A DNA stretch of 64,000 bases from Gammaproteobacteria bacterium (GTDB lineage Bacteria; Pseudomonadota; Gammaproteobacteria; Arenicellales; Poriferihabitantaceae): assembly GCA_022822625.1 (NCBI GenBank), contig JAJEAV010000057.1, positions 8,561-72,560 of the forward strand, written 5' to 3'. Positions within the stretch are counted from its first letter, which is position 1, and the number at the start of each line of letters is the position of its first letter. The position numbers and the translations under genes were made by a program. Positions 1-8,830 of the stretch are shown here, one piece after another. The notes beneath the pieces were generated by a model. It was given only the letters and a program-made list of their open reading frames with translations, was not told where the DNA came from and did no database searches.

Positions 1-925
1 CCCCTACTACTGTTACCATGAGTCCAAGAACGAATGCCGTGGGACCAAAAACCAGGAAAACGACCATGAGGAAAATACTGGCAACGACATTCAGTTCACT
101 GAGGATTCTTACGCCTTTCTCAACTCCCGTTACCGCAGAGGTCGTACCCAGGATGGTTATCAAGCCGATCAGCATCAGCTGATTGCCTGTCGTATTCGAA
201 AACCCCAGAAGATTTTCCAGTCCGGCATTGATTGCCAGCACACCCATCCCAAGCGAAGTGGCAAGACCGAAAACGGTGCCAAAGACACCGACCAGATCAA
301 CGAGATGCCCCCAAGCCCCGTAAATCCTGTCTTTCAGCAACGGATAGAGCGCCGTGCGCAGTGTCAACGGCAAATCATTTCGATAAGCAAAATATGCCAG
401 GCACAGGCCCACGAGCACATATAGTGCCCAGCCATGCAGTCCCCAGTGAAACAATGTAATTCGTACCGCCATAACTGCCGCTTCCGCCGTATTCGGCTCA
501 ATGCCGGCAGCCTCTATATACGGATTGCCCTGGACATGAAATAGCGGTTCGGCCACACCCCAGTAAAGCAAACCGGAACCCATGCCAGCGCTGAACAACA
601 TGCTGACCCATGAAAAGGTGGAAAAATCAGGCTTGGAATCATCCTTGCCAAGTTTCAGGTGTCCGAAACGGCTGAATGGCAACCATATTACAAAGACCAA
701 CACCGTTGATACGGTGCCAACATAGAACCAATCCAGTGATGTGTTGATCAGACCATTGATGTTGGAAAAAACCTCACTGGCACGTTCTACATCCATGATG
801 GTGTAGAGAACGAATGAAAAGATCATGATCATCGAAGCGATGGCCATGAACGGATTTGCTCCAGATAACGGGCCAGATGTGGCGACCGGGGGCTTTCGTG
901 TGTTATTCATATTACTGTCAGACAT
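1..925 (-). CDS. BCCT family (betaine/carnitine/choline-type) transporter; 3' end lies outside the window
   Basis: Absent from the ORF track because it runs off the window edge. My reverse-strand translation from ATG 925 reads MSDSNMNNTRKPPVATSGPLSGANPFMAIASMIMIFSFVLY... It contains HLKLGKDDSKPDFSTFSWVSMLFSAGMGSGLLYWGVAEPL, the hallmark BCCT motif. Confidence 0.85.
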   Translation of the reverse strand, partial: MSDSNMNNTRKPPVATSGPLSGANPFMAIASMIMIFSFVLYTIMDVERASEVFSNINGLINTSLDWFYVGTVSTVLVFVIWLPFSRFGHLKLGKDDSKPDFSTFSWVSMLFSAGMGSGLLYWGVAEPLFHVQGNPYIEAAGIEPNTAEAAVMAVRITLFHWGLHGWALYVLVGLCLAYFAYRNDLPLTLRTALYPLLKDRIYGAWGHLVDLVGVFGTVFGLATSLGMGVLAINAGLENLLGFSNTTGNQLMLIGLITILGTTSAVTGVEKGVRILSELNVVASIFLMVVFLVFGPTAFVLGLMVTVVG

Positions 926-942
926 GTTAATTCTCCGATGGC

Positions 943-2073
943 TTACCGAACACCGCCACTAGCGCCCTGCCGAGCAGTTTGTGTTGCCCATGCATTGAAT
1001 CGCTCGTACAATCGATCATAGTTTTCTGCCCACCACCCGGCATCGGATGCCAGCACTGACTGGGAACCGGCATTCGGGCCTGTAACAAACTGGGCCTTGA
1101 TAGCATCCGGAATCAATTGGTAAGAGGAGCGCCGAGTTGGTTCAATGGGCTGATGCATGGCTTGTTGAGCTAAAGCTTTGCTACTGCTGGCATAGCGCAA
1201 AAATGCCAGCGCCTCGCTCAGGCGAGGAGTCCCTTTTGGAATGGCATACAGGTCCATTTCGGTGATTGCCCCATCAACCACAATACTTACGTTGCTGTCA
1301 GGACTGCTGGAATTAGTAGTACCGCTGACTGTCCAGATCGAGGTAATAGCCGCACTGCTTTCTTCAATATGGCGAATCGGATCAAGTTCGTTGGACCACC
1401 ACAATATGCCGGGGCGGATTCTATCCAGAACGGCAAATGCCTTGTCAACTCCCTCTTCGGTTTCCAGAGTTGCATACACATTATCAGGAGCCACTCCTTC
1501 GGCCATCAGTGCCCACTCCAGAAGCACTGATGGATCACGTCTTACCGCACGCGGGCCGGGGTATTTTTCAACATCAAAAAAATCGCTTATAGTCTCGGGC
1601 GGATCATCGCCAAACAAACGCTTGTCATAGGCATAGGAAGTCGACCATCTTATACCTCCAACACCGCACTCGCTGACAGCCCCTTCAACGAAGTCTTCGG
1701 ATGCTGGCGTGCCGTCAACTCCCGGGGGCAGATCAATTTCTGCCAGGGATTCCAGCAGACCTTCGTTGCAGGCACGCAACATGTCCGATTCAATCATATC
1801 CACGACATCCCAGACTACATTGGAGGATTCGACTTGATTGCGAATTTCCTCAATGCCTCCGGCATAGTGTTCAACCATGACATTCTTGCCTGTCTGCTGT
1901 TCATAAGGATTAACGAAGCCCAGGATCTGTGCCCGCATGTAGCTCCCTGTCCAGCTGACAAATGTCACGTCACCATGAGCAAAGACTGCCTGGGGCAAAA
2001 ACAGGCAGCTTACGATCAGCACAAAAAATCGGTTGGTTTTCCATGCAACTCTCATCAATTGGTTCCTCTTCAT
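943..2073 (-). CDS. Periplasmic solute-binding protein, family-1 (PotD/PotF-like) ABC-type SBP
   Basis: ORF track 943..2154. I trimmed the start to ATG 2073, giving MKRNQLMRVAWKTNRFFVLIVSCLFLPQAVFA as a signal peptide with an AAGAG RBS-like sequence upstream. The mature part (HGDVTFVSWTGSY...VMVEHYAGGIEEIRNQV...) resembles polyamine-type SBPs. It lies 17 nt upstream of the BCCT gene, and no ABC permease or ATPase is adjacent. Confidence 0.72.
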   Translation of the reverse strand: MKRNQLMRVAWKTNRFFVLIVSCLFLPQAVFAHGDVTFVSWTGSYMRAQILGFVNPYEQQTGKNVMVEHYAGGIEEIRNQVESSNVVWDVVDMIESDMLRACNEGLLESLAEIDLPPGVDGTPASEDFVEGAVSECGVGGIRWSTSYAYDKRLFGDDPPETISDFFDVEKYPGPRAVRRDPSVLLEWALMAEGVAPDNVYATLETEEGVDKAFAVLDRIRPGILWWSNELDPIRHIEESSAAITSIWTVSGTTNSSSPDSNVSIVVDGAITEMDLYAIPKGTPRLSEALAFLRYASSSKALAQQAMHQPIEPTRRSSYQLIPDAIKAQFVTGPNAGSQSVLASDAGWWAENYDRLYERFNAWATQTARQGASGGVR

Positions 2074-3075
2074 TGGCGTAATACTCTTTTTGTAGTCACC
2101 TTTGTTGCAAGCATCTTTCGGGATTCTGCTGGCTAGATGCATATTTTCAAACACGTTAATTATATAATTTTATTAAGGATAAAAAATTTTTTTGACTATA
2201 AATGAATGCTGTTTCCCGTAGAAACCGAGAACCCTCTGCTCGTCTTGAAAACAATAACGTAACTACTTGATTTATTTCGACTTGCAGTCGATTGCATCAA
2301 TTTACCATCAGGAATCAATACGGCGCATGCCACGAGTTCGAACCACATATTGTCTTGACCGGAAATGGAGCTATGGCTAGTAAGTAGTGCGTGGGGGAGA
2401 GGGGAGCACTATTATTCCTATGGATGGTAATTCGGGTCAAACCCGATCAAGACTTCCAGTGTTGGATCAAACCGAATTAGCGATGATGAGTTCAGGAATC
2501 CATATTCAGCCTGAAGCATGATCAAATACGGGGTCATATAAGTGCAGATGTAGGAAATGTAATCGGTGCGGCACTTACTTGACGAATGAGACAAGGGCCT
2601 GAATCGAAACGCCCAACAGCAGTTTCTGCAACTGATGCAAAAAAAATCATACACTCCGGCCAGTTTCTCGTTGTAGATAACTACCCACTTCCCAAGACAA
2701 TCAATTTCAAGAGTACGCTGCATTTCTTTCATAAGCAGAAATTTCTTCAGTCAGAGTTGACATGGTTTGCATCCTCTCTGGAATAGTTTTGCATGATCTC
2801 GAAACTTGCGATACTACATTGCACTTTACAATACCCGTGAATCAGAAAAATCTCGATTTGATCATGGCGCTTTGCTGGCAAGCACCACCGGAAGCCCTGT
2901 TGCCAGGACATTAGGAGAAAGAATCGGTAACAGCGAACATGTACACAGCCAAAATCGTAATAACACACCCTGAAATCAACAAAACAGCGAGCATATGGAT
3001 TACTTCACGAATACCATAATCAAGGAACTTCTCTCTTTGCCAATATACACTCCCAGAAAAGAAACATTCATACAG

Positions 3076-6000
3076 TCACGTACGGTTCGTACCTCCTGTT
3101 GCATATTCATCCAGCCAGCAGAATGTGTTGATCAACTTCATCTGTTCAACAGTAGTACATGGAATTTCCAGTAGTTTCGGATTGACGACAATCACGACCA
3201 GACATTGTGCACGAGAAACTGCAACATTCAGACGGTTCCTGCTGTAAAGAAACTCGATATTACGTGGGATATCTTCGGAGCTGGAGGTCACCATGGAAAT
3301 CAGCACAATGGGGGCTTCCTGTCCCTGGAACTTGTCAACGGTGCCAACCCTGGCATTGTCCGGCAAGACCGAGCGTAGATAATTGACCTGCATATTGTAT
3401 GGAGTGACCACCAAAATATCGTCCTCCGTGATCGGACGTGTACCGATATCACGGTCGATAAACCCTTGGCCCAGCAAGGCTTGATATTTGGCCTTGATGA
3501 TTTTGCCTTCTTCTACACTCTTTTGCGAGCACCCTTCATGCTCTGCCGAGATCATCACGATGCCTTCATTCGGTAAATCAATGCTTTGCAAGTCCAATCT
3601 ACGCTCAGAAGTGACCCCATGTGCTGTCAGGCGACCATCATAAAAAGCATCGGAAACAAACTGGCAGATACTTGGACGCATACGACGAGTCTGTCCAAGA
3701 AAAATACCGCGATCAGATGTTATGGTGGCATGGTCTTTCAGCAAAAATTCCAGCACTGATGATCCGGCCTCGCCGGGATGTATACCTTGGATGGGCTGAC
3801 CCAGCTGCATCTGATCACCCACCAGAACCATGTTCCTGGTCGCCATGGCCATGCCCACTGCGTTGGCAGTGGCGACCTGTCCGGCCTCATCAATGAACAG
3901 ATAATCCAGTTGACCGTAAAAATGCGGGCTGGCAAAGGTCCATGCAGTTCCTGCAAATAGATCAGCATCAAGGTTCATATTATCGATCCTGGTTTCCGTG
4001 CGTATGAATTGACCGATAAAGACGGTTTCATCATTACCGCTACTTGCCTTCTTGATTCCATGGAACGGTACGCCTTTTTCAGCAGCAACACTTTCCACTT
4101 TTTCCAGCAGGTTATGAATGGCCTTGTGAGAATTGGAGGTAATGCCGACCTTCTTCCCGCGCTTGATCAGTTCCACAACGATATGACTACAGGTATAAGT
4201 TTTCCCTGCACCCGGCGGACCCTGGATAAAGAGATAGCTGTCTGTAAGCGCGGTAATGGCTTCCAGTGCACCGCCTTGCAGATCATCAGAGGTGATGACA
4301 GCTTCGCCGGGTAGCTTGCCCTGAATGCTTGGTTCATTTCGCGCTAGAAGCTCTGTGGCAACATGAGTAGCATCTGCTCCTGATGCCTTCAATACATAAT
4401 CTGCATAGCGGTAAATGGCGGAACGAATGATCTTGCTGTCAATCGGTTTCGACGGACCAATGGAAAGGGTTTCAGGCAATGGTTCCTTACTGGCTCCACG
4501 TTTGATTTTAATGATGCAGGTGCCCTCATCAATATTCACAATAGTGCCTGCGTTCTGCATGGTGGCAATATCAACGGCCTGATCACCAACCTTCAGCTTG
4601 TATTCCTGGGATGGGAAACAGTAACTGTAGATCAGCGAGTACTTTTCTGGATCAAGTGTGCCGACCTGCTGCAAGCCACCAAGACATTCGGGGTCATCAA
4701 TCAGTTCGCTTTCAAATTTGTTCTGTCGCTCAAAGCTGCCCCACCATTGCGGCTTGGCTTCCCGGTTATGAAACTCCAGCAAATGTGACAACCGTTCATT
4801 GATCGGCGATAGGGCCTCATCCTTGACACCAAGGAGGGCCCGGTAGTTTTCATATTCGATTTCCCAATCCTTGCGTTGCAGTTCTTCAATCTCGGCATAT
4901 TCAGGCGACCCCTGAAACCAGGGGGTACCTACTGGCTTGAGATTCAGCAACCAATCACGCAGTAAGTACGTGGAGGTACAGTCATCCTCGTTATAAGAGG
5001 CAATCTCCTGCAGTAATTGATCATCACCGGTTTCACGCCACTCATTGTAAACGACGATACTGTCGGCAGCGGTCGCTACTGCATTGGCTCTCTTGTCCAT
5101 ATAGAAGGTTTCAAGGTTCTTGATCGAGTAGCCGGGCTCAGAGGTGCGGATACTCTCACGCACCACCAGATACAGATCAACAAATTTTTGATTCCGGAGC
5201 AGATTGTCCAATTGCTCTTCACACTCCGCATAACGACAGGCCAGGCGTTTCAGGGCCGTGGTTTCATAGTGACTGTAATGATAGATGTAGGCATGCGGGT
5301 GCTCAGCCAGATGACTGGCCAGAAATCTCATGAAGCGCTTGAAGGTTTCCCTCTCTTCTTCGTGGTCATGCGCCCAGAAAGACTTGAACTGCATCCTGCC
5401 ATTCTTGCAGTAACACACTCCGAACAGATACTCCAGGCCATTTGGATAAAGCGGGTCACCCTCCATGTCAAAAAACAGGTCACCATCATCCGGCACAGGC
5501 ATGCGGGCAAAGCCCTTGTCCGAAGGGAACGGGATGATTTCGTACTTGTCCTTGCCTGTGGTGGCCTTGTGGTGTTGTAGAACTGCTTGTGAGCGCAGGC
5601 GCAAGAACACATCGCGATTGAGGTCAGGGATTTTCGTATCGGGCGCTGTTGCTGCCAGGCTGGCTACTGATCGAATACCCGTCTTTCGCAACTTGCTCAT
5701 CTGGGAACGCTGGATATTGGCGACAAGACTCAAATGGTCGTCCTGTTCCCATTGAGCCGTGCAGCCTTCCCGCCACGGGCAGAACCTACAATGGCTGCAA
5801 GGTTCAGGATAAGAATCCATGGGCAGGTTTTGCAGATAGCGTTCAAAACGATCTTTGGTGTGGGTGTAGTAATGGAAAAAATCGGTTAACCGGAAACAGT
5901 GCTTCTTGTGGTCACCAAGGAACAAATACATGGTAGCTGGGCGCATACCCTGTAAAGCAGCAAGCAACTCGGAGTAGATACACAATTGCATGATGTACTT

Positions 6001-6426
6001 TGGCTCGTCTTTCCTGGCCAGTTTGGTATCCAGCACCTCATAACTGAAATCGCCCAAATTGGATGGCGTGTCGCACTTGATCAAAAAATCCGCATCGCCC
6101 CGCCAGGGCGCAGCAAGAAACACGGCCTGATAAATCACATCTGCACCGGACTGCATGGCCTCCAATGTCAGATTAGTGCGGTCCTTGAGATTGTGGTTTT
6201 TTGGAATTTCAATAACGGATTTGCCTTCATCCTTGAGTTTCCGGAGATAGGCGGCCTCATGCTCCAGACCTTTTTTCTGTAGCAACTTTCCCATCATGTC
6301 AGCCTCGGCCTTATCCATTTTCTCGCTCAATGCCTTGACATCAAGATAAGTCGCATGGTGACATCCCAGAAAGGTGATCAAGTCCGATGGCGAATAGAGA
6401 ATCTGATCGTTACCGTATTTATGCAT
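3076..6426 (-). CDS. Multidomain RecB/Cas4-like PD-(D/E)xK nuclease + RNase H-like (DEDD-type) exonuclease + SF1B (Upf1/DNA2-like) helicase, 1116 aa
   Basis: N-terminus: GDADFL...YEVLDTKLARK...QLCIY (PD-D/ExK plus QxxxY), with Cys22 and CSHCRFCPWREGC, a Cas4-like Fe-S cysteine pattern of the TM0106-type RecB-like nuclease family. Middle: LFFDMEGDP, IYHYSHYE and YNEDDC, consistent with a YprB/RNase_H_2-like exonuclease. C-terminus: GPPGAGKTYT (Walker A), LFIDEAGQ (Walker B), VLVGDQMQL, TVDKFQGQE and NVAVSRAQ, matching AAA_11/AAA_12-type SF1 helicase motifs. Confidence 0.85.
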   Translation of the reverse strand: MHKYGNDQILYSPSDLITFLGCHHATYLDVKALSEKMDKAEADMMGKLLQKKGLEHEAAYLRKLKDEGKSVIEIPKNHNLKDRTNLTLEAMQSGADVIYQAVFLAAPWRGDADFLIKCDTPSNLGDFSYEVLDTKLARKDEPKYIMQLCIYSELLAALQGMRPATMYLFLGDHKKHCFRLTDFFHYYTHTKDRFERYLQNLPMDSYPEPCSHCRFCPWREGCTAQWEQDDHLSLVANIQRSQMSKLRKTGIRSVASLAATAPDTKIPDLNRDVFLRLRSQAVLQHHKATTGKDKYEIIPFPSDKGFARMPVPDDGDLFFDMEGDPLYPNGLEYLFGVCYCKNGRMQFKSFWAHDHEEERETFKRFMRFLASHLAEHPHAYIYHYSHYETTALKRLACRYAECEEQLDNLLRNQKFVDLYLVVRESIRTSEPGYSIKNLETFYMDKRANAVATAADSIVVYNEWRETGDDQLLQEIASYNEDDCTSTYLLRDWLLNLKPVGTPWFQGSPEYAEIEELQRKDWEIEYENYRALLGVKDEALSPINERLSHLLEFHNREAKPQWWGSFERQNKFESELIDDPECLGGLQQVGTLDPEKYSLIYSYCFPSQEYKLKVGDQAVDIATMQNAGTIVNIDEGTCIIKIKRGASKEPLPETLSIGPSKPIDSKIIRSAIYRYADYVLKASGADATHVATELLARNEPSIQGKLPGEAVITSDDLQGGALEAITALTDSYLFIQGPPGAGKTYTCSHIVVELIKRGKKVGITSNSHKAIHNLLEKVESVAAEKGVPFHGIKKASSGNDETVFIGQFIRTETRIDNMNLDADLFAGTAWTFASPHFYGQLDYLFIDEAGQVATANAVGMAMATRNMVLVGDQMQLGQPIQGIHPGEAGSSVLEFLLKDHATITSDRGIFLGQTRRMRPSICQFVSDAFYDGRLTAHGVTSERRLDLQSIDLPNEGIVMISAEHEGCSQKSVEEGKIIKAKYQALLGQGFIDRDIGTRPITEDDILVVTPYNMQVNYLRSVLPDNARVGTVDKFQGQEAPIVLISMVTSSSEDIPRNIEFLYSRNRLNVAVSRAQCLVVIVVNPKLLEIPCTTVEQMKLINTFCWLDEYATGGTNRT

Positions 6427-6718
6427 GGATCTCTCTTTATAGATTGCTTCCTCGATAGCTTATTATGATCATCCAACCATTTTCCGAGATGCATCTCTCT
6501 CACGCACTACTTTCGACCATATCTCATGGAATAGACTTAACTGAGACATCTTTTTTACTTTTCGGCATCAATGAATATCCTGAGATTCATGCTATGGTCT
6601 TCAAATGCATCAAGACCACATGTTACAACATAAGATCTTGTGGAAAAAGCTTTCCCATCGGCTTTCAGCAATTCTAATTAATGGGATTTTAATTTTACAT
6701 TGGGTGGTATTCCGGGTT

Positions 6719-7030
6719 AGCAATTCTAGTTATGAAAAACATTTTCGATCAGATCATGATAACATATTGTTTTATAGGAATATTTTTCTGACCGGTTTCA
6801 GCGCGGAACAATTCTTGACATTGTCTGTTCAAGAATACGGTGACAGGAAAATCAAGAACACCTGTTCCGAATGACTGGCTTTGTTTCGTTTACTTGCCCA
6901 GCAAGGCACCTCGAACCGTTTCCCAGCCGAAACGAAAAGATAAAATATCATTACACAACAATAGCCTATAAGATCACAACAATAGCCTATGAGATGCCAT
7001 CAAAAAACAGTCTCCATAATTAGAATTGCT
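6719..7030. repeat. MITE-like intergenic repeat, copy A (non-coding, terminal inverted repeats)
   Basis: The ends AGCAATTCTAGTTATG ... CATAATTAGAATTGCT form roughly 15-bp terminal inverted repeats. The copy is collinear along its whole length with 23076..23346, and most positions are identical by eye. It has an internal 21-bp tandem duplication (6955..6975 / 6976..6996). An extra solo end, AGCAATTCTAATTA, sits at 6668..6681. Confidence 0.7.
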
Positions 7031-7049
7031 GAATTCACGAGGCATTTAC

Positions 7050-7720
7050 ATGGGAAACCGCTATTTCGGATCGAAGGGGACCGCGGGTCTGTGTCAGCCG
7101 CTGATTGCGCTGATGCCGCCACATTCTGTGTATATCGAGACGCATCTGGGTTGTGGGGCGATCATGAAGCGCAAGCCGAGGGTGCTTCCCAACATCAGCA
7201 TAGACCGTGACGCAAGGGCCATAGAGGGGTTTCACTGCGACTATCCGGTGGAGCTGGTGCATGGCTGTTGCCACCGCTATCTACGGGAATTCGTGTTTGA
7301 CGGCACCGAGCTGGTTTATTGTGACCCGCCGTACCTGCAGGAGACGCGCAAGTCGGCACGTCGCTACCGGTACGACTACCGGGATGCCGATCACGAGGAG
7401 TTGCTATGTATGCTGGGTTCGCTACCCTGTGCGGTGATGCTTTCGGGGTATCCGTCACGGCTGTACGACGAGCGTCTTGAAGGCTGGGGGAGCGTGTCGC
7501 TACAGGTCATGAACCAGGCGGGGTGGTGACCGAGAAGGTGTGATTCAACTTCGAGCCGAACCGGGTACACTGGTGCCGATATGCGGGTGTCAATGCGATG
7601 CATCGCCAGCGGGTGAAGCGCAGTGCCGAGAACTGGTCGAGGCGCTACCGCAAGATGCCGCCTGGCGAGCGCCTGGCGATTCTTGCCGGGATCATGGATG
7701 TCGAGGCCGGATCGTCATGA
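7050..7720 (+). pseudogene. D12-class (Dam-like) N6-adenine DNA methyltransferase, disrupted
   Basis: MGNRYFGSKG... at the N-terminus and VYCDPPYL (the DPPY catalytic motif). The frame ends at TGA 7527..7529. The homologous reading continues in a shifted frame (GGVVTEKV) with an in-frame TGA at 7541..7543 where Trp is expected (KV*FNFEP), then runs on to TGA 7718..7720. The region is visibly GC-richer than its flanks. Confidence 0.75.
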
Positions 7721-8830
7721 CGATTGTCGAGCGCCTCTCGTTGCGCGAGCAGTTGGCGCAATTCCGGCAGAAGTTCGAGCGTCTCGATGCGCAGGGCCGC
7801 TTCCCAGCCGAGGCTTGCGAACTGTTCCAAGGGATATGTCGGCTCATGGAGATGATGGTAACGTTGCTGCTGGAGCGCGCCACTCCGGACACCTCGGCCA
7901 ACTCGTCACTGCCGGGCTCGATGACCCCGTTTAACAAGACTGCGAAGAGCCGGCCCGCTCCGGAAGCGAATCCGAATCTCCGCACCGAGGTCTCGCAAGA
8001 GACGATTCCGGTCGAGCACTGTCAGGCATGCGATCGACTGGATCCTGACCGCCCCGGTGCTACATGTGGACGAGACTTCGATCCGTGTCAACCGTGACAA
8101 GCACTGGATTCATGTCTGCTCTGCCGGGAGCTGGTGATCAGGAAATGCCATCCGAAACGAGGACAGGAAGCACTGCAGGAGTGCAATATCATCCCCCGCT
8201 TCGGGGACCGCTCGAGCGGCGAGGAGGAGGAACCGAGACCCGTCCCGGTACATGACCACTGGGTCACGTACTTCCGGTACACCGAGTGCGACCATGCCCC
8301 GTGCGACAGCCACCTGGTGCGCAACCTGCAACAGGTCATCGATACCACCGACCCGCGCTGGGCCAGACGCCTGCAGAAACTGCTGCTCAGGGCTGCCATG
8401 CCGTGGCACGCTCCGGCGACAAGGTGCTCACGCCAACCCGCCTAGAGTGGGTCTCGGCCCTCTATGATGCCATCCTGTAACAGGGGCGGCGGTAACTGCC
8501 GAAACCACCGCCCCGCAAGGGCAGGCACGGAAGGTGGCCGAAAAGCAAGGCAGAAAAACTGCATCAGGTCTTTGTTGACTACCAGAATGAAATCCTGTGC
8601 TTCACCCGACTGCCCGAGGTGCCGTTCACCAACAACCGGTCAGAACGAGACCTCCGAATGGTCAAGGTCAAGCAGAAGGTCAGCGGCACCTTCCGAAGTA
8701 CACAGCACGCACAGGCCTATTGCCGTATCTCGAGCTACTTCCAGTCTGCCGCCAACCAGAATGTCGGATCGACCGCGGCAATCCGACTCGCACTGTAGGG
8801 CAGGGCCCCGGAACTGATCGACGAGCCAGA
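7717..8830 (+). pseudogene. IS66-family transposase remnant (multiple frameshifts plus internal deletion)
   Basis: ATG 7717 overlaps the methylase stop (ATGA). The N-terminus reads MTIVERLSLREQLAQFRQKFERL...LLERATPDTSANSSLPGS...HCQAC. The rest is scattered across frames: APVLHVDETSIRVNRDKHWIHVCSAG, then HDHWVTYFRYTECDHAPCDSHLVRNLQ, then VPFTNNRSERDLRMVKVKQKVSGTFRS...YCRISSYFQSA. All are typical IS66 TnpC blocks. The roughly 150-200 aa normally found after the zinc finger are missing. I recognised no terminal IRs and no tnpA/tnpB. Confidence 0.75.

Noticed and set aside
2392-2408. TGGGGGAGAGGGGAGCA, partly similar (about 13/17) to the tRNA-Ser 3' end as read on the plus strand (TGGCGGAGAGGGCGGGA), as a possible island-boundary direct repeat
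   Set aside because: It is a low-complexity G/A-rich match. The nearby GTTCGAACC (2336..2344) is in the wrong order relative to the tRNA, so the segment is not collinear with a tRNA 3' end.
5017-5580. 187-aa plus-strand ORF and several other 60-100-aa ORFs (3621..6282) overlapping the nuclease-helicase gene
   Set aside because: They are antisense or out of frame to a 1116-aa ORF that has clear catalytic motifs throughout. Their compositions (Cys/Trp/Arg-rich, no motifs) are typical of shadow ORFs.
6605-6874. ORFs inside the MITE copies (6605..6874 and 23125..23307) that give similar peptides (FLTGFSAEQFLTLSV / FLFGFSAKQFLTLSV)
   Set aside because: The peptide similarity simply reflects nucleotide identity of the repeat. 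The substitutions show no codon-position bias by eye, the frames are not co-extensive between the copies, and no start or RBS is conserved.
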